Below the pieces are notes generated by a model. It did not search any database and was not told where the DNA came from. It saw only the letters and a list, made by a program, of their open reading frames with translations. The translations under genes and the position numbers were made by a program. A stretch of 64,000 nt of DNA from Mayamaea pseudoterrestris (Eukaryota), in the NCBI GenBank assembly GCA_027923505.1, contig BROI01000002.1:1240001-1304000 (forward strand), in the 5' to 3' direction. Within the stretch, counting starts at the first letter, position 1; each line of letters begins with the position of its first letter. Shown here piece by piece: positions 45,151-57,300 of the stretch.

Positions 45151-46888
45151 ATGATGATGATGGTCGGCAAAAGGCTTGCTGCAGTTCTCTTTCTTTGCAG
45201 AGTTGTTGCTGCATTCAGCTTTACAACGCTATCTTCTACTAGCGAAAGTCCGTTTGTGCTCAAAATGTCGTCAACGACAGCATCTACCGCCCCAGCTTCT
45301 TGGAGCGATTTGCAGGATCGAGTCGCCAGTACACCCGTAGGAAAGGCTTTGAACGACCAAGTGCAACTGCGAAAGGAGGGATATGGATCACCACATGTGC
45401 AAAATACGCTGCGCATGTTTGATTCGACGGGTGGTGAACCGCAAATTACGCTCTATCGCGATCATGCTGGCTGGTACGTGGCTCGCGACAATGAGCATGA
45501 CATTGTCTATAGTATTCAACGAATGAACTCAATAACTAGTCATCCTTTTGCTATATAGGTGTCCCTACTGTCAAAAGGCCATGCTTTTGGTGGAAGAAAA
45601 GCGCATCCCCATGAAAATTTCCCTCGTTCCCATGCGCAGCTACGGTGACAAGCCGCGCGAGTTTCTGCAAAAGGTGCCAAGCGGCTTGCTGCCGGCCATT
45701 GAAGTAGTCGACGTTGACGGACAGTCGCGCGTCCTTACCGAGTCGCAAGTCATTATGGAGTTGCTCGATGAATGGTATAATGCGGAACAAGGTTTCCGTC
45801 CAATGATGCCAAGCACTGACCAAGATCTGCAGCGATACCAAACGCTGGCGCGGCTGGAGCGAGAACTATTCAGCTGCTGGTGTTCCCTTGTTTTTCGTCC
45901 GGAAATGCCGTCACTATCAGGAGGTGGCAATCCGCTAGGCAAGTTGTTTGGTGGCAGCAGTGACGAGGAGTCCATGTCTGGAACCATGCAAGCCTTTATG
46001 AGGTGTATTCAACGAGTCGATCAGGAACTGGCGGCGACCAAGGGACCGTGGTTCTTTGACGAATACGATTACCCAACAATGATTGATTTCATTTATGTGT
46101 CGCATGTCGAGCGCATGTTGGCGAGTTGCGCCTATTGGAAGGGTCTCAACTTGCGTGATCCAAAGTGGAAGTTGAACGGTTTGACCGCGTGGCTGGAAGC
46201 CTTTGAGAAGCGGGAAGCATATTTGGCGTTCAAGAGTGACTACTACACTCACGTAAAGGATATACCTCCTCAGTATGGCCCTGGATGGGATGGTGGCTTT
46301 GAAAAGAGTCGCGAGGCAATGTCGAAGTCGATAATAGGCCGAGACGGCTCGTGGAGCTTGCCGCTGCCCTTCGATGACCCTCTTCAGCCGCTGTACAAGG
46401 GATTACCATTGCCTCTAACTGTTCTTGAAGCTGTTGGACTTGGGGCTGATGCAAATGGATCGTATGAATCATGCGACCCAGAAACAATGGGTCTAGCGTG
46501 CCGCACCATGGCAGCATGGAAGTTGGCAGGCAATGGTGTCAACGTTGCCACGTTTGCGGCTCGAGGCGGATCAAAGGGTGCCAAGAATCCGCGCACCAAG
46601 TTTGCGGCACCACTTGCCGATCCGTATTGCGAGTCAGACAAGGATATTCAGCCTGTCGTCGACGCTGTTCTACGAGTCGTATGTGGGGCACTTGTTGCAG
46701 GCGAGGTCGAGCTTGAGTCACTATCACCAAGTCTGAAGGCTGCCGTATCTAAAAGCAGCGCAAGTGACGTTGCTTCTAGCCTAGCTTATCTTCGTGATCG
46801 AGTTGGCGTGCCGCGTGATCTGCCTTTGGCATCCGCGAGATACCTGCGAGCATATCTAAATTGGGCGATCGATGAGATATCTAGCTAG
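45151..46888 (+). CDS. Plastid-targeted cysteinyl glutathione S-transferase-family protein (CPYC), 2 exons
   Basis: Exons 45151-45473 and 45559-46888. Splice creates LYRDHAGWCPYCQK; also PMRSYGDKP, GLLPA, TES, YVSHVER, SDYYTHVKDIPPQYG, RVGVPRD; signal peptide ending VAA-F. Confidence 0.88.
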
Positions 46889-46918
46889 GATGCAACTAAT
46901 AAGCATGTAAATATCAAG

Positions 46919-48724
46919 CTAGTTCCTTGCCGTCGAAGCTTCTTGCGTGATTGCTTTTAGGTCGAGTACAAGCACACCTTCATCGCTGATCGATGTGCTC
47001 GCCTCACTGTTACGTCTTGCACTGAATACCAGAAAACGGTCATTCAAAGCCATATGATAATTCTCCAATGGACCCAATACGTTTAGATCGGCATGCCTTA
47101 TGCGGTTCACATAGCGAACGTGAGGAATTGGACCAAAGTTTACCACGCTCCCGTCTATCTCCTTTCCAGGGACATGATTCAAAGTTGAAAACATGTGGGC
47201 ATCTTCTTCGCTCAGTCGAACCTGATAAACTAGCACCAAGTGGCCAATTTGATCATTCGCAAATACGACCAGCCGTCGACCATCAAAGCGGATGCAAGGT
47301 CTGCGCCCTGGGGATATGGGCAATTCAATCAAGGAGACAATCTGATACGACAGCTTGGATTCACCCTTTGATGCATCCGTCGTATACAACCGCTTCCAAA
47401 CCAACATAAAACATCTTGTTCCGTGTAAATAGTGAACTGTTACGAACCCACCCACATGGATCGGTAAATGTTGTGCGACAATCGATTCATCAAGTGGCGT
47501 CGGCCGGATTTGCTCAAATAGGAGCAGCATTATGCTATGCAGCTCATCGAGATCCTTTAGTAAAGCAGGCACGTCCAGAAGCTCCTCAATATAAGCTTGT
47601 CGCAGGTTGTGACAGTTCCAAATTTGTATTTTGTGTTGAGTCGTTACGACAATCAAGCGATTGTTTGTAGGACAAATGTTGATCGTGATTATTCGCTCGC
47701 CAATGTTGAGCTGGCCGTTTGGCGCTGTGTTCGAGAGAGTAACGCAATTTGGGATGCCCTTTTCCATTGGTTGCATGGAGTAGATTTTAATTATTGGTGC
47801 GCCAGTAAGCTGGTCAACCGTTGAGTCAAACGCATTAGAAAACATAACTTGACGTGCTGCACAAATTCTAAGGCAATGGGGTTTCAAATCGAAGAAGCAA
47901 TGAATGCGCCAATCACTAGTCAGCTTGGAATCGTGCTCCAGAAACCAGCAATATAATTCGACAACGTAGACGGGCGTGTCACTGTCAATTAATTCTACAT
48001 CTCGAGCATAGTATATGTCTGATCCAGGTACCAATCCGTTACTAAGGCGAGGGTGAACAAAACATTCAAAACCGGCAACTGCAGCTTCAAGGTTGGGATG
48101 CTCGCTTGGTGGAAAACAATCTAATAGGTTTAAAGACTCGAACGACGGAGCCAACAAAACCTCAAACGAAGCTGCTAACGTTTCTCGGCCTCCCATTGCG
48201 TCCGCTGAACGTTTTCCTAGTAGCGTAGGCTCATCAGCTGTTTCATTAGTTATGACTGCCTCATGCAATACAGACCGCAAGGTCAGCTGACGAGTCCACG
48301 GATCAGCAACTAGCACTTTATGGCTTGATCCTCCCACCAAAGACACATAACTTTCACACAACACGCTCGATGGACCAGTTGAACTGTCTTTTTCAAACGG
48401 GAGGAAGGTCCAGGCGGAGGTAGGAATGCAAGATGGGTTAGCTAAACGGTGCAACGCTTGTGAACATTTGTAGCGTTCAACTGTTTCCTGTTGCAGAAGA
48501 ACGTTGTTTCCGTCCTCATACTTTTCGCTAGCTATTCCAACATCATTTGCAAATCCCAATCGCTGATGCAGTTCCTTCCAAACATCGAGTTGGCCGTCGA
48601 GGGCGCATCCAAGACGTTTACTACTTCCCTTGAATCGATGAGCCGACATGAAATCGAGATGAGAGCAAATTTTCCCCAAAGTTTCGTCGTTTAATACTTC
48701 CATTAGCGGACAAGAAGACACCAT
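46919..48724 (-). CDS. F-box-like protein with probable beta-propeller C-terminus
   Basis: LMEVLNDETLGKICSHLDFMSAHRFKGSSKRL (F-box-like); beta-rich C-terminal half; ATG at 48724 (the ORF track starts at GTG 48811). Confidence 0.7.
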   Translation of the reverse strand: MVSSCPLMEVLNDETLGKICSHLDFMSAHRFKGSSKRLGCALDGQLDVWKELHQRLGFANDVGIASEKYEDGNNVLLQQETVERYKCSQALHRLANPSCIPTSAWTFLPFEKDSSTGPSSVLCESYVSLVGGSSHKVLVADPWTRQLTLRSVLHEAVITNETADEPTLLGKRSADAMGGRETLAASFEVLLAPSFESLNLLDCFPPSEHPNLEAAVAGFECFVHPRLSNGLVPGSDIYYARDVELIDSDTPVYVVELYCWFLEHDSKLTSDWRIHCFFDLKPHCLRICAARQVMFSNAFDSTVDQLTGAPIIKIYSMQPMEKGIPNCVTLSNTAPNGQLNIGERIITINICPTNNRLIVVTTQHKIQIWNCHNLRQAYIEELLDVPALLKDLDELHSIMLLLFEQIRPTPLDESIVAQHLPIHVGGFVTVHYLHGTRCFMLVWKRLYTTDASKGESKLSYQIVSLIELPISPGRRPCIRFDGRRLVVFANDQIGHLVLVYQVRLSEEDAHMFSTLNHVPGKEIDGSVVNFGPIPHVRYVNRIRHADLNVLGPLENYHMALNDRFLVFSARRNSEASTSISDEGVLVLDLKAITQEASTARN

Positions 48725-49195
48725 GTTGAATAGTCTTCTGGATTCTGAATCGGTGAGAGGAAGAAGTGTATTATTCTGACGGAAAGGCGGTGGAGGCCAT
48801 GGTGAAGTCACACGACACGAGCTGTCGTATGTCGCATAGTTACTTAATGAAGACGCGAGTACCGTTTGTTATACTTTTATGTACGGCGTACAACTATACA
48901 CCCTGTAGACTACTCCACGCCAATGTGTATCGGTAGGTCCGAGTTGTATAAAGTCAGCGACTGTTCAAGCGCATTTAATAGCCGCGCTTTTGAAAGCAAT
49001 AAATGATTTCGGTGTGACTGGATGTAAGGTAGTGGCAGGCAGCATTTGGGTAACGGTAGTCGCGCTTGTCTTTCAACAAAATACGACAAAGCTAGATCTA
49101 TTGAATTGTCTCCAAATCCAGATAAATTGAGATACATTAGACTATAATTGGTGAATGCGTTGACTATTCTGTCAATTAACCCTGAACCGACAGAT

Positions 49196-49614
49196 TTATT
49201 TGCCCTCCACGGCACGCTTCTGCTGCAACGCTTGATGCTCGGCAAAACGTAGGCCGACTCTTTGAGTCATTTTAATGTACCGAGATGCGCAGTTATCTGT
49301 GCATGAAATTTCGTATTTATCAAGAGCCTTGGATCGAAAGGATGTCACGCATGAATCAAAGCAGCGCTCGACAAGATTGTTGTACATGCTGTAAGATTGG
49401 TAGAAGAAATAGATATGAGAATCATTTAATCTGATACAGCTATGAGGAAACAGGAACTCTTCATCGCCTTCATCGACTGTCACCTGTCGTTTGTGGTTTG
49501 CTTTCCTTTGCCGAGAATTCTTGCTTACCTGAGCGAGTCTTTCAGCTGCATGTTTTCCATCTCTTTCATAAATTGCTGCTGCTGATGCGGTGGGAGATTT
49601 TGAACGCCTTCCAT
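49196..49614 (-). CDS. TIM9: Mitochondrial IMS chaperone Tim9, 2 exons
   Basis: Exons 49614-49529 and 49388-49196. Spliced QLKDSLSMYNNLVERCFDSC...CTDNC (twin CX3C), RVGLRFAE. Confidence 0.93.
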
Positions 49615-49979
49615 AATTGCAGTGTAAAATCTATGGGTAGTAAGCTTGTAGAGCGTCGACGCTAGCCAGTCGAAAGATGACGGAATGTGAGGCGCGCTCA
49701 TGGTGATCATCCGTTTCGAAAACTCGTGTCTGACCGGTTAAAAATGACGTCATATAGCGAGAACGCCGAGCATACCACTACCGTTCGAAGTAGCTATGCA
49801 CTACAATAGAATACTTTGAACGTTCTTTCTCTCTACCTGTTCAGTAGTCATAAACACTCTACTGCCAGCACATATTTTAACTTGTTTTGCTCAAGGTTGG
49901 CAATAAAACTTATCCTCGCAGCCTGTGTCACCAGCGCTGCGCGTCTCCATGCACGGTATCACATATATATTGCATTCTA

Positions 49980-50884
49980 TCAGGCCGCCATGGCTTCTGG
50001 AAACATGAGGTTTGACATGGTTTCCTTCATCATGTCCATGATAAAGACTGCGCAAACCATTCTTCCGTAGCGAAAGGTCGCTCCGCGATAAAAGGCTGGC
50101 AAGCCATTCTGTCCGTACAGTACCTTGGCCGTCTGCGAAAACGTACCAAAGGTTTGACGCTCAATATCACCCTGCATGCAAGTCTTGATTGTGTCAAAAG
50201 GCTGCGTCAAGTAGCAGGCAAACAAGCCTCCCAGCAAGGCTGCTGGAACGCGCGCTGCATTATTGTTTGGAAACTGTTCCGGATATGTTTCCATAAGGTA
50301 ATGCCGAATCTGTGGAGGCAAACTAAGGTATCCGCAGCACCAAAGTGCTTCTCGAACAGCCATACCATTGAAACCTCGGCCTACATTCATTGGTTTCCTC
50401 GCAACGTCCTTGATTGTTTGCAGCGTGCCGCCTCCAGTTCGCTGCTGCTGAATCATTATTAACTCGAGCGGACTTCCAACCAACGCACTCACTGTTCCAG
50501 CTCCAACGCCACACATCATTTCCTCCTTGAGACTCAACCGGCGATTCACATGCTCCCCCAGGACAGTCTGCTTGAGCTTGCCTCCAACGGCGAACTGAAT
50601 CATGGTGCAACTTCCCATGTTGACGCAATTGGATGCGACACCGCGGTACCAGTGCAAGGGATTCAAGTTGATTTTTTGTTGCTGCTGCGTCATGTTCTTG
50701 GCATAGTTGAAGGGTTGCAATATTAAAACCTAATGTGTAGAAATGAGGCAATGGAACGAGTGAGTTGCCGTGCATCAGTAATTGTTCTGTCACACCAGCT
50801 GCACCCAAATCAACGACTAACCTCAATGACGCCCACCGTCATGCCAACAAGGGCATTTTGACTCTCGTTCAGTTTAGAAGACAT
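49980..50884 (-). CDS. Mitochondrial carrier family (SLC25) protein, 2 exons
   Basis: Exons 50884-50822 and 50729-49980. Three carrier repeats: QPFNYAKN, SPLELIMIQQQ, QPFDTIKTCMQ; YRG motifs. Confidence 0.92.
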
Positions 50885-51330
50885 GGTGATAACGTAATGG
50901 GACAATGGCTGACAAAGCAAGCGAAAATGCCGGAAAGGTCGATGGACGACCACGAAACTTCCTCCAAGGGTGGAGCGGAACGAATGCGTGTCATTCGATC
51001 GCGCCGCAATGAAATCTAAATCGTACCGGCACTCACAGTCACGGAGAGGATATCCGCTCAAACAGTCACTTGTGCAAGAGCCGCTAGCTACTAGCTGACT
51101 GTGAATGCAAGCTCAGCTTTACTGGTATGAAAGCTATATAAACGCTGCAGAAGCAACGCAGCACCTGCTTTTATTATCTCAATGGATGAGCAAAGGAGCT
51201 GCTATGATGGATAGAGTTGCAAAGGTGTGCCGACGAACAGAATGCTAGCACCTCGAGGCATTCCGCACTCCATGCCGCGTTCGATGTAACTCATACAACA
51301 GCAATATATTTCACATATTATAAAAATAGA

Positions 51331-54300
51331 CTAGCGTTCCGTGAGCAACCTTGTTGGATCGGACAATCCGTCGGTCAACAAGTAGTCGGACCGCTGATCC
51401 TTTCCAGTCAAATAGAGTGAGTGGTCCTGCAGCTTGTACTTTTTCCATGCCGGAATGTCGTCGAGAATAAGCTTGAACTTTGGACCATACCCGGGATCGG
51501 TTGTTAGTGTTTTGAGAAGGTCAATGGCGTGTGTCTTGGCAGCGATGGGGTCTTTGACGCTTGCCAACTCGGGATTTTCCAAAATCCTGTCAATCATGAA
51601 GGAACAAAGGTTGCAGCTCAGTGCCTGTTGAAATAGAGAAACTCGACCTTGTGCAGAATGTAGTGCTCCGCAGGTAGAGGCAGCTTGTGTCTCGGCCGTT
51701 AGTTGTGGATCCTCTCTTGTCCGGGCATCAATTCCTGTTCCTTGTACCGCGTCGGGGCGGTATTGCGGACTGGGACGAGGAACTGTTTCAACAACCGGTT
51801 TGGTACTTGGCGCTCCCATTGTTCGGTGGTCGGTGATATCGGATGGCATTCCAACCGATGCATCATCGTACTGCACTCGACTGTGTTGCGTCGCATCCTG
51901 TTGTCCCAGTCCGCCAGAAATTGACTCGACGGCATCGCGCTGTGTATACGAACCGGGCGTACCTGTTGGCCAACCAACCAACGAAGGCGCTGGTTTTTCC
52001 CATCCGATTTGCGGCCGTGGCTGCTGGTCTGAGGCGGCAGCAGGTGATAGCCATATGCCAGGTTGTTCGTGCCTTTGCCCTATAGCTTGTTGTGGAGCGT
52101 GCGCTGAGGGATACTGCTGAGTCGATGACGATAACTGCGGAGCGTATGTAGCATAGCTGTTTGGCTGGTCCGCTGCAGATGATTGAGAACTCTGCATTCC
52201 ATTAATGGGTTGGTGCGAGTTCGTAGAATAGCTGACAGAATCACCAACTTGATAAGCCAAATTCTGTGTTGCAGTTACCGCATGAATGTGTGCAGGTTGT
52301 CCGGATTGGCCATTCCACCCGCCTGAGATAGTCCTATGTTCATTGGTGTGAATCAAATGCGAATAATTCTGTTGCTGCTGCAGGTACTTCGCATCAAGCT
52401 GCTGCTGCGGCTGCGGCTGCTGCTGGACAGGGGCACCGTAAGATGGTGAAAGATTCTGTTGTACAACATTTGGTGGGAATATTGAGTAAGGCTTATACTG
52501 CTGCTGAACCTGTTGCTGTTGTGGAGCAGTTTGAGGGTGAAGTGGATGACTACCACTATACCGAAAATCTTGCTGCTGGATGTACTGCGCTGTGTCATAG
52601 CTTTGGGTTGGCGCATAGCCTTGACTTGAAGATGAAGCAGATATATAGCTCCCTCCATTGTTTGGTTGAGGCATGACAGGTTGCGGCGACGGAGCTGTTG
52701 GGCCTGGCAAACCCATCATGGCAAGTGGATCATCTCCAGAGAGTACCTTTTGACGCACCGAGCCCTCACCAGGTGCCGGTGACGGGGCTGAAAATACATT
52801 CCCCGGCTTCCACTGCGGTGACTTCACATCGCCGATAGCTTTCTTGTACAGCTTTGTTAGAAACTCGATCATTAACCCACACTCTGCGTGCAAAACCTCA
52901 AGCCCGATAGCTTGTAAAGTATATTCGACAATACCAGCCTTGCCGCTAACATCTCCCGTAAGCGCCAATGCCTCAACATTTGTCAAGCGATTTGTGGCAA
53001 CGTGCAGCACCCTCATTATCGACAACAGTGGGGTCCCTGTGTATTTGTTTGCGAGGACTCCAGGCAGCGATGATACACATGTCTGCATGTATCCCCACTG
53101 TGACAGTTTGTCACATAACGGGTCTCGAACTTTGCAAAGGTAAACTATAGCGACTGTGACAAGAAGCAGAACATCCATTTGGTTTGCATCTGAAAGGGCA
53201 GTACAGTTGGATTTCGCAGCAACTGATCCATGACTAGACACATAAAGCATTAGTTCTTCGTCCCATCGTTTCAATAAACTTTCAAGAAAGAATGATGGAT
53301 CGCGCAGGTTGTAGGTGGGCTCTTTCACAAATCTCGACAAGTAAACACCACCAATATAGAGTTCTCTTTCCAGCGCATCATATTTGACGCACATATTTGC
53401 GTCTGGCTTGGTTGAGCGCTTGAAGCAGTCCTGTTCTTTGTGGTTCATGAGACATGCGTCAAGCTGCAGCCCGACGACCTTTCGAAGCTCGCCTCGCATG
53501 ACCGCATCCCAAAGAAGCTCCGGAGAATCAGAGTCCCCGTCGAACAGAGTCACTAGTTGCTCGGGATTGTCCTTTAGAATTATTGTAAGCGTCGAAGGAA
53601 TAAGTCGGTCTAATGTCGCGGTTGCGATTGTGCCTGTCGATGGATCCCACATCAACCGCGACAACACTTTAGCGGCACCAAGGCGCGCAGCGTATATTTT
53701 GGTAAAATCGACATATCCGACTAGAACACCCAAAACTTCAAGCAAGCCACTCGATGACAGTAGAAGATTGGCAACGGACGGTGACGAGACCATGCCTTCA
53801 AGAAATGACCATCCTCTCTTCATTCGCTCTTCGGCGGTGGCGACTAGTGCATGCCCCGACTCTGGTCGCTCCAGAATGGTCAACAATCGCCAAAGTGAGC
53901 CTTCGTGAACAGCTCTGTCGGAAAATTCACGTCTGGACGAGGCAACAGCGAGAATATCACTGATTACTTCGAACAGTTCCGAGTCAACAGAAGCAGGCAG
54001 ACCCAACAACTCCACAAGCACTGTTGCGATACACAGATTGCCGTCAGATAGAATGCTTTCCAGCAAGCCGTCACTTTGGGCTAACGTTCGGAGTGCTTTA
54101 AGCGCCTGCAAAAAGCTAGCCTCCTCGGTGCTGAAAGCAGGCATTACCTCGTTTTCTACGTGAAGTTCCAGTCGCTTCGCGGGTTCAAGAGTGTTGTTAA
54201 TGGCTAGACCAATTGTACGTATAATATCTGCGAGAAATGAAACTGGTTCTGGAACTTGTCCAACGGCTTCGCGACCAATACTATTAAATACGCGGATAAA

Positions 54301-57300
54301 GATGGAGCCGATCTGTATTTCATGGCGAAGTGCTTCAAATTCAAAATCGATGACACAAGAGAGCTCGTCTTCCACTGTGAAGCAAGAATCAGGCACTCGT
54401 GTCCTTGTAATCTCGTCAAGCGTTGCTTCCAGCTGCTTTTTCATTGCGTTATTCCATATAATGTCAGGTTTCTCAATGTTCGAGTTCAAGACATGAAGCA
54501 ACTCAAAAGGTCTTTTATTTCGCAGCAGTCGGCTCACTGACGCCGTCATGAGACGATTTAAACAATCGGTCAATGCACGATTCTTCTCAGTCTCTGGCAC
54601 GGCACCGCATAGTGCAGCAAGAGCACTGACAGCAATTACCGCCTGTAAATTAGTAGCGGCTGCCGAATTGCCAGCTATCGAGTACTCGTCTTCGTCATGC
54701 TCAAGGTGATTATCGTTTGACAGCGATGAATCATAGAGTAAAAGCTTTTGTAGCAAAGGCCAAACAAAACCACTGCCAATAAGTTTTTCTTGAAGTTCCA
54801 AATGTCGCGCCAGTGGCGCAACACATTCCAAAGCATAGCGTACGACTAACGTACTAGCGGTGAGGTCGTTCGTTGCTCGAAAAGCGGTCCCATCAGCGCA
54901 CTCACGAATGTTTCGCAAAAACACAGTGAGTTTCTCGAGTTGCGCTATCGCCGTTCGAGCATTATCAAAATGAGCCAAGCCAGATATAGTCCGCAGCAAG
55001 AAGATGACAATCGAAGCAAGCGTGGCACAAGGAACACGAGAGCCAGCCTCCTCAAGCTGACCCACGCACAAGTCTGTATAGTAAGCGAGAAGTGCCGATA
55101 ATCTGGCAACTCCACCTTGGCGAACCAATTCCTCCGCATTTGGCGGACTTGCTAAGCAGGTGCGGAAAATTAATTCAACCACTAACAAGATGAAGCTAGC
55201 ACGTTCTGGGTCTAGTAAACAGGAGTCTTGCAGGTTCGCCGTCGCCGAAGCCGGGATGAGGATGCAACGCAACAATTCGTCATACGCAGGATACTTATAA
55301 AGACTCATCTCTTTCTCGTAGCGGCGATAAATTATAACCTGCGCCTTAATCAGGATACCCATATTCATCATTTGTGAAATCCCGCCTTCGAATCCTTGGG
55401 CGGCACTGTTCAAATTAGCAAAGTCGTCAGAGCGTTCCAGGGCAGTGCCAAGCCGCTGGCCGCTCTCTAGCATTGGCAGTAAAAGCTCGTATGACATCTG
55501 AATTAAGTGAAACATCTCTCGACCAGTGGGGTTCTTGTCCGGGTGATATTGACGAGCCAACGACCGATATGCCCTTCGAAGCTCTTTTGCTCCGTCACCT
55601 CCGCTTAACTTTAAAATGGTCCTCGCTTTTTCAACCGCTACGTTCAGTTCTTGCTCGTCGCGCTCTGCCTGTTTCTTAAAATGCTCCAGACATGCTTTGA
55701 AGACTTCAACAGGTTTGGAAATTGGCCAGTCAGGAAACCTCGCTTCGTCACAGAGATTAGACAAGTAGTAATTGTGGCAAAACATCTCATTCTTTAATCG
55801 CTCGTATGCAATGCCAGGCATTGGACAGTATTCATACTCAGCGGTGTTGGTTTGGTATAAACGCAGAGGGAAATCACCAAGATGTTGCCTCACCATCTCG
55901 ATCAAGTGCATGCGCATATCATGTGACCAAATAACTTCTGGTGTATCCACATTGCCAACAAACACTTCCGCAAACCGCTCAACTCCGTAGTTGTCTAAAA
56001 TATATAGCAGTCCCTCGGGTATGATATTGCCGAGAATGCTTCGATCTCTCATGCGGAGCTCGTATTTGTCGGTGGTGGCAGCGAAACCAGAGAGAAAATG
56101 CTGCTTCAAGTGCGTAGTGCGCAACAACTTGGCGAGCGCCTTGAAGTCACTTCCCGTGTAGCAACAAGCAAAGAAAAAGGCACCCGTCAAGTAAAATTTT
56201 CGCACCGACTCGTCATTATGCTCCAGTATCTTACATAAAAGTTCCGCAGCATGGTTGACTACTAGGTTGTTGACGCACAGTAATGCTTGGACAATAATCG
56301 AAAGTGGCAGGGCTCCTGTCCCTATATCGGCTGTCGAGGCACAGAGCACTCTCTTTGCCAAAGGTATTGGGTAATATGGCACTCCTTGAGAGTCCAAACT
56401 ACGGTGCAATTCCGTCAGACGTTTTAAAGCCTTCAGCGCTAGCAAAGCAACATCAGTGGGCTTGAATACACCCGACCCTGCATCAGCGTCTCGACATAGC
56501 TGCCAGCGCAACTGCCAAACCTCATCAAGCCGTTTCCATTTGCCAGTGTCGATGTGTGACTCGGTGACTCTGTCCGCTTCCGTTTCGTGATCATAATCTT
56601 CCACGTGACTGCTTGCGACAAGATGGAATGGAGTTAACTCATCGGCCTTGATCATACGCATTAAATCGGAAAGCCGAAATGGTCCCATTACATTTTCAGC
56701 AATTGGTGGGATTTTACCCGGAATGGCAATGAACCAAACAGCCGGACAATTAGCGTCTAGCGAAATCTTCTCGGGTCGCAACGAATTAACATGCGAAATT
56801 GTGGGAGCAATAGCATCTTCTTTGATAAGAGGAGGATTCATCGAACTTGAAGCAAGGGATCGTGCCATAAAAGTTTCTGTCACGCTATCATCAGTGTGTC
56901 CCCAAGCAACAAATTGACACAGCAAGCCGATACTTTCGATGTTTAACAGCTGCTCGGCATTCTCAGGAACATTCGCAAAATTCGTATGATCATCATCAGA
57001 GACCCCAAGAATAACTGCTATGAGCCCCAATAGCCTATGCTGCGTCTCAACGTTTTTCGTGGACGCCATGGAACGTACTAATATCATGACATCCGAAAAC
57101 GGACCAATTTTGGATGCATGAATAGCATATAGGCGATCCATGCAGCGTATGCACATGTTGGCCATTTTATCATCGCGGCCGATTTCGCAAAGAAATTTTC
57201 GGAACAAAAGCTCAAACAGTGACAAAGGTTCATCCCAAGCCCGGATAAACCCATCTCCGGCATTTAGCCACAGCCGCATGTATATGTTCCCAACCATAGT

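Noticed and set aside
46888..46919. 30-bp gap between convergent genes
   Set aside because: Tight tail-to-tail spacing is ordinary in compact diatom genomes; no further signal was seen.
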